The notes beneath the pieces are model-generated. The model had not been told where the DNA came from. It did not search any database and saw only the letters and a list, made by a program, of their open reading frames with translations. Of a DNA stretch of 64,000 nucleotides, positions 52,887-64,000 are shown piece after piece. The first letter of the stretch is position 1, and each line of letters begins with the position of its first letter. Location: contig MU053802.1 of assembly GCA_013239625.1 (NCBI GenBank), forward strand, positions 79,363 to 143,362. Direction: 5' to 3'. Both the position numbers and the translations under genes were made by a program. Source of the stretch: Lama guanicoe (lineage: Eukaryota).

Positions 52887-54005
52887 CTAAAAGAAATAAA
52901 AGAATAAAGAGAGCCTCCTAAATGTGACTCTATATTCTAACTGCTTTCTGCTTAGCTACAAATTAAATACATAAAACCTGATTTGGTTCCTATCTCTACC
53001 CCCAGTACTAGAGCCATGACCATTACCAAAACACATCACCCTGACATGACCAAAAGAGTTTAATGAAATGTTTTCTTTGGAACATACATACATATATTAC
53101 AAATGGCTTCAGCTAGGCTAAGATACAATGTTCAAGACAGTATTTTCCTTGACCTGACTTATCAATTAGATCAGATCCTTATTTTTCCTTATTTTTAAGC
53201 ATTTCTAGAGATCTCTTGGACTTAAGACTGCTGTCACCTTTAATACAACAGTGTCCATTCAGCAGGTTTTAGATGTTAAGAAAAAATATCTGTATGAAAC
53301 ATAGACATAATTGAGCAAAGCTACTTCAAAAATAAAGGAAAAGATACAATCTCAAAAGAAAAATTCAATAGAGTAGATGCTCAGACACTCACAGCAGCTC
53401 TCACCTTTAAGTAAAACTGAGGGCAACAGTAAAGTGCCTCACACAAGCTAATGGTGTAGTCTGTGGTTACATGTTGGCAGCAGACTTTGTAAGCACCAAA
53501 TCTGAGCTATAACTTACGACACAAACTACAGTTTCTCAGCCACAAAAACCTGCAACACTGTGACATCTTCAGTAAGAGCCAACATCTTTGGTTTAGGAAG
53601 CCAGTGACCAAATGTGTTCCTAACAGCTCATGCTCTAGTGTCTTAGCAAACAAAACACACACACACACACACATACACACACACAATTTATCTGGTTTTC
53701 TCATTAAAACTGATTTTTAAATTAAAAACACAGAGACATGTGATGAGTGGTCACTAAAAGCTTAATGCATGTGAAAGCTATTCTAAACCAGTATGTTCAG
53801 ACAGAAGCACCATCTCATACTTTAAGCTACTTTAAATCAATCATCTATTTATCCATCTGTATTTTTGCTGTGGTTGGAAAAAGGCATAATACAAATGAAA
53901 ATGTTAGTCTCATACATTGTAAACTCTGAGATGACTCTTGAAAGAACTGCCTTCAGACAGGACAGACCATATGCACAGCCACAGAGGGGGCGAATCATCT
54001 CTTAG

Positions 54006-54094
54006 CAAGGAGAGGGGTTTTCTCCAGCACCCATGTTGTCACACCAGCACAAGCTACTTTCGTACAGGTCCACTGCAGTAAAATTTAAAACGAT
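54006..54094 (-). pseudogene. TLL1: TLL1 exon ~10 copy
   Basis: IVLNFTAVDLYESSLCWCD...GCWRK..PLL with EVRD deleted; donor reads ct. Confidence 0.88.
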
Positions 54095-57000
54095 CTTCAA
54101 AATGGAGCAAATAAACACACAGATTAAAAATGACCGTAACTGCACATGGGTGATTTGATTCCTAGAGGCTAGGAACCCGGGACTACTGTGAAAATGGGAT
54201 TCACAGCAAATTCTTTTTATTTTCTTCCTGTATTATTATCTCTCTATAATTTCTTCTTAAAAAACACCTCAAAAATCCCATTTTCTCATTTACGTGAATG
54301 TTTAACAAAACAGAAGCACAATGTCAATAAGCAAACTAAATTATTTTAGCAATGAAACCAAAGTTTCTGTAAAGTTAATTTGCATAGTTGCATAATTATG
54401 AAATAAACAGAAATCTTTATTCAAATGGCTTGTTTTGAATTTTCTTAAATATTAAACCATGAAAACTTCTGATTTTGCCATGACTTTCTACTTTTCAATA
54501 ATTTATTTCAGACATGTTTAATCATACTAAAAATAACCACCATGTGCCATCTTTGAAGATCATTATCATTGCATATGTTGAAATGTTTTAAATAGAGCTC
54601 TAGAATTCAAATTTGTCCCTGTAACTGTCATCAAAAACAGATGTCACTATGTTTTTCTAGATCCAAGAATATATATTTAAAGACCTTTCAAGTTAAAAGA
54701 TCTTGTACATAAGCCTTTATTATGTACTTTGTTTTGAAATAATGCTTTTTAAAATAATTCAAGAATGTTAGAAAAGGCAATTTTCTTACTGCTTTACAAA
54801 AAGACTCAACTTTTCAAGTAATCAACTTTTTTTTCTTAATTACACCAAAAATAGAGCCAAACTAAGAAATGCATGTATCTAATGAGGTAAAATTCATTCA
54901 GAAAATATTTTTGTATTCAAAAAATTATTTCTAACTCTATTCTGCTTAAAATATCCAAGATGCTTAAGGTATATAGTGAACCTGTTCTTTACTCTAGAAA
55001 CAGAAATGGACTTTGGCCAAAAGCAACAGTTTATGAGTATTTGAAATACTTCTAATATAAAACTACAGTTTGTAACACTATTTAAAGAATCCCTTTGTGA
55101 CCATATAAAAATCTGAATTTTAGAGGATTCTCAAGGAATGAAAAAAAGCAAAAAAAAAAAAATACATACGTAATCAATCTTGAACCCATGTTTCCTAAAA
55201 GTAACTACCATTTTGGTGTTAGAAAACATATACTTCTCCCATTTCTTGAGCATAGTATTTAACAGAAATGTAAATAGTAACAGAAAGGCAAATCAATCCT
55301 TAACTAGCTTACTTCCTGAAATGAAAATACAGCATAACAGTATTTCTCATGGCATCTTATATCTCAGTACCACAATTATCATTGATGAAATTGTATACCA
55401 ACATTGGTTTTAATTCCCAATAAAAATAAGAATTTGTCTAGCTATAATGAGATTCACTTGTACTTTATAATGGTGTTAGCCGTTCACCAGTAAATTCAAC
55501 ATTTATCAGTTTCTTTAAGCATGTACTTTCTTGATTACAAAAGGGTGAAGTCTATTAAAAATGTGAGAATAGAGACATGCTTTCTTAAATGCAATACAGT
55601 AGGTATGGCATAATTTGATTTGGTTTAATAAAACTTTTCATTTATCTGTCTGGATTACTCACATTTTTCTTTTTCCTTCATTTTTCTTTTCCTTCACCTG
55701 ATTTTATCATTTCAAATATTCTAAAAGTGTACAAAATTTCCAAAATATCAAAGGGCAAAAGACTCATCTTTCTTTTTTTCTGTATTTTCCAATAATCCTC
55801 AGTACTTGATTATGAAAACGCATGGCTTCTATTTTCCTGATGTTCTCGATATGTTTGCTCCTCTATCTCTGAGTACCAATGCAACATCAAGTTATTCTTT
55901 GGATGTAACTGGCAAATAATTTCTGGTTTCCCCCTTAACTTTGTACTTGCTTTAAGTCTGCTACAAATAAGGAATACGACCACTGTCTGGTATTAAGTTT
56001 CAGTCTGCATTTGTAGTCTCCCTATAGTGACCACTAGGGTTTCAACTCCACATTATCATGTGGGAACTCATTTATTATAACAGAGATGGCAAAACTAGAA
56101 CATAGACACAAACAGTAGACCTCAAGGCTCATTTGTGGTTTCCCTCTGAGATTTAAAGATTTTTTTAAATAATAGTATGCAAAGAGTTTCAACTTCTTTC
56201 TGAATGAGGGGAAAAAACAGCTAAACTGGAGGGATGTGTATCATCAAAATTTATTCAAAATTGAAACAATGCAGTTGCATTGCTAACAAATAGTTGATAT
56301 TTGAAGCTTGGAACACACCAAAACACACACACACAGTTGGAAGAGGGGTGTAAACCTAAACAGCACAGTTTCCTATCTTGTTTTTAATCTTCTATTTTAA
56401 ACTCCAAGCACTGCGAAAGACCAAAACTGGCCTACTTTAATATAAAACAGTCCTTTAGAAGTAGAAAATGTAATAAAGATAGGTTTCCTAAAATCAAATC
56501 TTAGGGAGAAGAAAAATGTTGGCCTTTGACTAAGGTTACTAGCAGAATCCATACTTGAATTACAAATTAAAAGCACTTGGAAAATATCTGGTTTTCTATT
56601 ATACTATTTTATGTAAATGTGTTGCATCTTGTTTCAAAAAAATGATGAAATAAAAACTACATAGCACAATTTTATAAATGTTTTATGTCTTATGGTAAGT
56701 GTCAATTTACCATTTATCAACTGAAAATTAATCATAGTTCCCTTGGAACATGGGATTGAGGGAGTTACAAAGAATTCTAAAATTTCCTCTGCTCTGTTAT
56801 GAGTCTTGGTTGCTATTCTGCAAAGTTAAATTGATACAATTGCTGTGGATTTTGCTTATTAAAGACTTTGTATTACAATCCTGCAGAGTGAAGAATCTTG
56901 AAGAAAGGCAGATCAACAGTCAAGGGACCAGATGTCTGGAAGCCTCCAGAGAAAGATGTAGTCAGTGAACTTTGTTAGCATAATTAAGTCATCACTGACT

Positions 57001-57259
57001 ACCTAAACTAATTTCATGAACACCATCAAAAGACCAATTAGAATAGTAATTTATACATTATAGTGCTGAGAATGGGGAAGATACAAATCTTGTCAATTAG
57101 ACTGATATTATTAAATAGCTCTTTAGAAAGAGACATTAGAATCAAAAGCAGTAAAATAAAATAGATTTCTGGGCTCCAGCCAGAAGTAGTTTGGACAAGT
57201 CTAATAAACTCTCTAGGGAGTCAACAGTTTTCTTCTCAGAAGTCAGAGTACAGGCGAGA

Positions 57260-57465
57260 TCAGGGATCAGTAAACTCTACCCCATGGGTGGAATCCAGCC
57301 TGCAGCCAGTTTTTGTAAAGAATGTTTTGTTGGACACATTCCTTTACATACTGTCTGTGACTGCTTTTGTGATACAACAGTAGAATTGAGTATCTGAACA
57401 AACTGTATTAGTGGCAAAGCCAAAATATTTCCTGTATGCCCTCTCCAGAAAGATTTACAACTTCT
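57260..57465. mobile_element. MER58-like hAT DNA transposon remnant
   Basis: cagggatcagtaaact...gtttttgtaaa...gcaaagccaaaatattt pattern; recognised from memory. Confidence 0.7.
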
Positions 57466-60400
57466 GGAATAATTGATAATGAAGGTTTGGTTCAGCACTG
57501 GATTGTATCATACTAAAGGGAAAATCTACATCTTTTTCTACAACTAGAAGCTGTTTGTGACTGGGAGTCAGAAAGCCTGGGTTCGAGTTCTAGCTTCTCA
57601 GTTTGCTAGTTACTTTCTGAGTTTGAGTGAATTTTCTTGCTATAAAATGGAGATGATTATTTCAGGCTGATCTGGGCAGGGTTAAGTCAGAAAAATGTAA
57701 TTGGATAATGTGTAGAAAAACACTAAGGTAACCTAAATACATTGTTAAGATTCTCATATATTATTATCCTGAACAGTTATAAAATGAATAAAAATATTAA
57801 TCCAATTTACTTAATCCAACTATGCTGGGAAACATAAAAACATTAATTTTATATTTCCAAAGAAAAATCAACATATTAAAGTAAGATATTCTTAATTTAA
57901 AATCTAAAGAAGAATGGACAGGCAAACTTTGGCCTCGAGTTGAGCGATTGCTTTATAATAGACTAGTTGTGTGACTCAGGTAGATCTTAATTCCATCAGA
58001 GATTCATTATTTGACAGGTGAAAACTGGAAGCTGGATTAGGTTATGAAAATAATTTTTCAGCTTAAACTTATATATTAATATCTGGATTTTGAAATTTTG
58101 ATTTGTCATTGCCAACTATTCATAGGAACATTTTTTTCTACCTGCCTTTCTTTAATCCCCACTCCGCCCCTATCTCTAACCAGTTGCCAGTTTCCACAGG
58201 TACTCTGCGGTGCCCCCGAGACGCCCTCTTTCTCACTGGCCATGTCCTCTGTGCTTCTTTGAATGAACGCAGCAGCTTCACAAGCTGTGCTTAGGTTTTC
58301 AGTCGTGCCCTTCTCCAATTCATCCTCCACTCTATCATCATTTTAATCCCACTAAAGTTGGGGTCCCATTATGATGTTGGTGGCTTTAAGTCCAACTCAG
58401 TGTACATTTCTGAGCCTGTGCATCAGGTTCTAGGTTGGGACCTCCCTTTGGCTGCCTCACTTTCACTGTGTCCGAGTCTTCATAGCACTCATCCCGACTC
58501 CTGCTGTCGTGTCCTGACAAAGGCTCCAGTCTGAGGATTCCTCTCTTCAGGGTGCACATCATTCTACCTGAGATTCCACTTTCCCCTTCTCTGTTTTTGG
58601 AAACTCTTCACATCTCTCAAGGTCTAAATTAAATGCTACCCTTTCTTCAGTCATGCTTGGATCGCCCAGTAAGATCTGAGCCCTGTTATCTCTGCAAGTC
58701 CATGACAAGATATATCTTGCTTTCTTCAGTTAATTTTCAGTTTGCCTACTATATTACTAGGCCTTGCCCTTGCTATATGTTAGTAAGATTCTTGATGGCA
58801 AAGATTTCTTTCACACACCAGAAAGATGCATATATTTTAATGAAATAAAAGATTTTTCTACAAAGTAAGTGTTAAAGTTAAGCAGGGCCTTTGGCAATAT
58901 AAATATTCTGTTGTGAATTGACCCCATATGTGTAAATCATCAGATTCTGTGAAAAGAAAGTTTTCACAGCATGAAAGTGGTCAATTGATATCTTTTCACT
59001 GGGGCTACAACTGGGGCTAGAAAAAAATAGAGCTAACTCTATTTACAACATAAGCAATATGCCCTTGCTAAAAGGCAGTCAGTTCTAAGGAGTGGAAAAA
59101 TCGATATTGTGTGCTTTCATAAGCTCAACACGACTACTTTCTCAGAGGCACATTCTAGACTGTTCCCAGCAGCATCCAAGACAGTCTGAGACTGGACAGG
59201 ACTCTGTCTGTATCTTTTGAGGCTCAGTTATAAGAAGACATGTCTGTACATTGACAGTCTTATTTTTTTAACTGTAGTTAAAACAGAACATACAATTTAA
59301 CATTTTAACCATTTTAAGTACATGGTTCTATAGCATTAAATAAATTTACACTGTTGTGCAACAATACTTCTTCTTAAAAAATATTTTTCCTGGATAACAT
59401 AGTATATGTTTATTGTAGAATATAAAAGGAAGAAGAAATAAAAGCCTATTTGTAAATCCACCAGGGAGAAATAACCATTGTGTTGGTATATGTCCTTTCA
59501 TAATTTTGCCTCTAACATATGTAATTTAAAAATTAGATCTTTTCATGCCTGTGATTTTTAACCTGTTTATTAAATTTACCAATAGTTTGAAAACAGTCCT
59601 CTAGTTACAGGAAATAATCTTAAAAAAAAATTTTTGTAACAAAGGCACCATGATATGTTTCGATAATAACTCATGTGATTATCTTCAGAGAGATAAATTT
59701 AGCAACAGTCCTATTTTATACCATGTTTTATTCCTTCTTTATAAACATAATTTGATAAGAAAATTATCAAATAAACATTTTACTTTTACACTGGCCATTA
59801 TGTATGTTTTTGTAAAATAGAATATTTAATCCTTAAAAAATCAACATTTTCTTTCTGCTTTCAAAGTTTATTTTATTTTCAATTTTTCATTATCATAAAT
59901 AACTATCTTTGCACATACCCAGATAATCACTGTAGGATAAATTTCTAGGATAAAGTGCAGGCATGTTTTGCAAAATGTGACACAGGTCAACAAAGTTCTT
60001 CAGAAAAGATATTTCAGTGTTTACTTCCAGAAGCTGTGCACCCTCACAATCATTTGGTATCATTCTATTCCTTCTTTGCTAATTTGATAGGTGAAATACA
60101 ACACACTGTTGTTGGTTCAAATAGCATTTCTTTGATAAAGAATGAGAGTAAACAAGTTCATATATTGATTAAATATCTATTTGCACTGATACTTCAATAA
60201 ATATTCTGCTTCCTTAGTCATTTTTATATGTCAATCTTTATTAATTTACAGCAGCTATTTATACATGATTAATACCAAAGTTTTCTCATTCATTTGTGCT
60301 ATATTACTCATTTTGACTTTTTACATGTGTATTTGCATTTTATGAGATTTTATGTAAGTAATTCTGAAAAATTATTTTACATTTTATTCTCAGCTTATGT

Positions 60401-61646
60401 ACCCAAGACACAAATCACTTATATTTTCTTTAGAAAAAATATGCAGTATGAAGTAGAAGCTTTATTTTTTCAAAAATATTTTAAATGATTTCATTACTAT
60501 TTGTTGAAACATTATTTTCACAATTTATTTGAAAAATCATGTCTGTAGATGATTTCTTATATGATTAAAGTCTTTCATTCCCTTGGACATAATTTTCTCC
60601 TTTTTAGATTGTTCTACTAATCAAAAAGTCTATTTTGACATTATCATAGAATTTGAATTAGTGAAACTTCATAATGTTTTTCTACTATCTTACCATGCAA
60701 TTCACTCTCTTTTATTAATTACTTTCAAACTTGCCTTGGTTATTTCCAATCCTTTTATTTTAGAAATAAACTCTAGAAATATTTGGTCTGGGTACAGAAC
60801 AAAAATCTATTGGAAATTTATTTGGAATTAATTAAAACTCTACATTAACTTTGGAAAAATTGACAAGTTATTACAAGTCTTACAACACAGTCAATTGATC
60901 TGTTTTAGTTCCAAAGTCTTCAGTTCTCTAAAATCTACTAGATTTAAATATATTTGTTTTTATTTGATCACCTCTAGTCCTGTTTTCTAATTGCTTCTTT
61001 TAAATTTTTGAGGAGGAAATAACATATTCTTCATAACTAAACAAATGTGATGATTAGCTCTGCCAAATGAAATCTGTGTGATGTTAGGCAGATTACTCAA
61101 TTCTTTCTTAAGTTCAATCTTCTTCATCTATAAAATGTATGTAATTGTAATATTAAACTCAGCTGGGGGTGAATAGATTAGAGAAATTTGGTACAGCATC
61201 TTGTATAATGTAAAAAACTCAATAAAGATTAGTTTCTTCTATTTATTGTCTAAATCTAGTCTTAATTCATCAGGTTATCTAGTCCTAATTCATCTTCTAG
61301 ACTTAATTCATCAAATTATTATTAAATATACATACTGAATTCCAGCATTAACAGCATTTATAGAAAACTTTAAGGTTTTTTTTTATTGTGATATTATTAT
61401 TTTTCAAATTAACAGATTTTATAACACTGAACTACTCTCAAATTACCAAATCAAAACACTTGCAAATTTATAAATTATAGAACATGATTTGATTTGATTA
61501 TATATATATAGCATCTGTGTGTTTATATTTGTATGAGAAGGATTTCATATTTTTTTCACATGAGTTGTATGCAGTATGCCTATCAGAATTTTACCAGTTT
61601 TATAAAGTAAACAAAGAGGCTACACATTGTTTTAAAATGCACTTGA

Positions 61647-61800
61647 GAGGGCAGGTATAGTTCAGTGGTAGAATGTGTGCTTGGCATACACAACATCCTG
61701 GGTTCAATTCCTGGTACCGCCACTGAAGTAAATAAATAAATAAATAAATAAACCTAATTACCTCTCCCTCAAAAAGAAGTAAAATAAAATAAATAAAATC
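61647..61800 (+). mobile_element. tRNA-derived SINE, camelid vic-1 type
   Basis: A-box tagttcagtgg, B-box ggttcaattcc, (TAAA)n then cctaattacctc tail. Target-site duplication TAAAATGCACTTGA (61633-61646) / TAAAATACACTTGA (61801-61814). Confidence 0.85.
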
Positions 61801-62299
61801 TAAAATACACTTGAAATACATTTTTGTTATGTGGGAAGTATCTGAATTTTTACAGTTTGAAAAGGATTCCTTGAGAAATCACCTGCAAGCAGCATGACTT
61901 CAAATAACTTTTTGTCAACTTACTTCATACTGTTATTAACTTATGAAACGTCTCATGCTTATTAAGTCAGTTTTAGTAGCTTGAATTTCCAGGATTCTGC
62001 ATTAAGAAATACTTCAAAAAGAACTATTTCTGCAGGTTTTGATGTTTTACAAGTTGAATATACAGCCAATGAAACCATATTATCATGAATTCAGGTGAAA
62101 AAAAAACTTTAAATGAAGTACAACATATATAAATATTAAATCACTATGTTGTACACCTGAAACTAATACAATATTGTAAATAAACTATACTTTAATAAAA
62201 AAAATCCAAATTTCAAACAGGAAAAATACCACCAAAACAAGCTAAGATAAAAATCTAATCTAAAATATAGACTATATTCAGGATAAAATGAGCTTTGAT

Positions 62300-63375
62300 G
62301 GAAGTCTGAGATACAAGAAGGAATACTAAATAAAAATATTTGGTATATCTTCAACAAATGTTGTTGGGAAAAATATATCTACATACAAGAAAATGAAGTT
62401 AGACTCATCTTAAGCCATAGACAAAAATTAACTTGACAATGGATTAAAGACCTAAGCATAATACTTAAAACTCTAAAATGACTAGGAGGAAACATAGGGG
62501 AGAAGCTTCATTGGATATGGCAATGATTTCTTGGATACTTCCTCAAAAGCAAAATTAAAAAAAGCAAAAAATCATTAGATCATTAGTACTACATCAAGGT
62601 AAAGAACTTTTGTGAAGCAAAGGAAACAATCAGTGCTGTCAAAAGGTAACTATAGAGAAGGAGATAATATCTGCCAATTTTATGTCTCATAGGGGGTTAA
62701 TAGCCAGAATATATAAAGAACTCCCATAACACTAAAATAAAATAATCCAATTAAAAATGAGCAAAAAACTTGAATAAACATTTCTCCAAAGATGGGGTAC
62801 AAATAGCCAACAATCATATTTTTTTAAATGATCAATATCACTAATCATTAGAGAAATGCAGATTAAAGCCACAAGGAGGTATCACTTCCCACCCACTACA
62901 ACGGTGACTATAAAAGATGTGGAGAAACTGGACCCCATGTGCATTGCTGGAAAGATTCTAGAATTGTGCAGCCACTACAGAAAACAGCATGAATGTTCCT
63001 CAAAAACTAAAAATAGAACTGCCAAATGATCCAACAATCCCCAAGAATTTATGCACGCTACACCACGGATAAGCCTTTCGGCCATTATACACAGAAGATA
63101 AGCCACTTAGAAAAAGACAACCACTATGTCACCCCACCTATATAAGGTTTCTAAAGTAGCCAATTCATAAAAAACAGAAAGAAAATGGTGCTTACCAGGA
63201 ACTAAGGAAGGGGAAAATGGAGAGTTGTTTAATGAATAGAGTTTCAGTTTTGCAAGATGAAAAAGTTCTAGACATCTGTTTCACAAAGTGTGCATGTATT
63301 TAACATGGCTGAATTGTGTATTAAACAATGGTTAAGATAGCAATTTTGTATGTTTTTATCACAATAAAAATGTTA
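62300..63375 (+). mobile_element. Old L1 (ORF2 3' part and 3' UTR); further L1-like sequence continues to the window end
   Basis: tcttcaacaaatgttgttgggaaaa..., cactaatcattagagaaatgca..., gagtttcagttttgcaagatgaaaaagttct..., cacaataaaaa. Confidence 0.85.
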
Positions 63376-64000
63376 CATAAATATCTGCATACAGTTAAGT
63401 GCAAAAAACAATAATAGCATTTCATTTGTCTCAGAGAGAAAACAAGCTTGAAAACAAAACAAAACAATATCATATAAGATGAAGGCATGTGAATCATCAT
63501 CTTTTTTTAGAATCTTTTTATGGTTTGGTAGGGAATGTAAAGATGTTAATTATATGTGACTCCATGCTTAGAGTAAGCTAGTAGAAAGAGGTACCAAAAA
63601 ATAGAATACACACTTAAAGTTTTCAAACCAATAGAGGGGAAAAAAAATGAAATGAGGGAAAAGAAAACATAATTCAATACATTAGAAGGCAAAACACAGA
63701 ACAAAAGAAACCAAGCGGGACATATAGAATGTAAATAAGATGCAGTAATACATCAGTAATCAGATGTAACTCCAAAAAGCAATTTAGTTAAAGACAAAAC
63801 TAGCCATCATGAATTCAATAAAATAAAAAAGCAAAGTATTTGGTATCTAAAAGGGACACACATGAGACACAAAATCTCAAATGGTCAAATGTTTAAAGAA
63901 GATAAAGATATACAGGCAGAAATATTAATCAAAAAAGTATAATCTATTAATATCAGAAAAAAGTTTTAACCTAAACCATGACTAGAGATAGAGATACACT

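Larger units (their letters stand above)
41670..54094 (-). pseudogene. TLL1: Unprocessed tolloid-like 1 pseudogene fragment (CUB1-CUB2-EGF-CUB3 exons ~10-15)
   Basis: Six collinear minus-strand exons with TLL1-type peptides, each listed separately. Every one has a stop, a frameshift or a non-GT donor. Confidence 0.92.

Noticed and set aside
54100..61600. Further TLL1 exons or new genes among short AT-rich ORFs
   Set aside because: No CUB or astacin peptide recognised; ORFs are short and consistent with intron plus old L1/L2/MIR debris.
61647..61720. tRNA gene
   Set aside because: The tRNA-like head is followed by a SINE tail and flanked by a target-site duplication.

Overview
Mammalian genomic DNA, most likely a camelid (a vic-1-type tRNA-derived SINE lies at 61.6 kb). 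I see no intact protein-coding gene. The window is a mosaic of decayed gene copies from loci that are unlinked in human. (1) About 0.6-26.6 kb is a GC-rich, intron-containing OTOF (otoferlin) pseudogene on +, running from exon ~11 to the 3' UTR with exons ~15-21 deleted, followed by the last exon of its normal tail-to-tail neighbour DRC1. (2) About 26.7-38.9 kb is an AT-rich block of unknown origin with weak exon-like segments, a perfect 161-bp tandem duplication, old L1s and an NT5C3A retrocopy. (3) About 40-64 kb is an intron-containing TLL1 pseudogene fragment on - (exons ~10-15). A full-length CASP6 retrocopy sits in OTOF exon ~38. It carries a GC-box-rich upstream leader and a ~1.9-kb 3' UTR that contains the last exon of MCUB in antisense, a fossil of an overlapping CASP6/MCUB transcript. 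The OTOF, TLL1 and CASP6 copies show a marked A/T-to-G/C substitution bias, extreme in OTOF exon ~12, which suggests GC-biased gene conversion. Gene identities and exon numbers rest on my recall of human/mouse sequences, not on a database search. I found no evidence of a new enzymatic or defence-type system.
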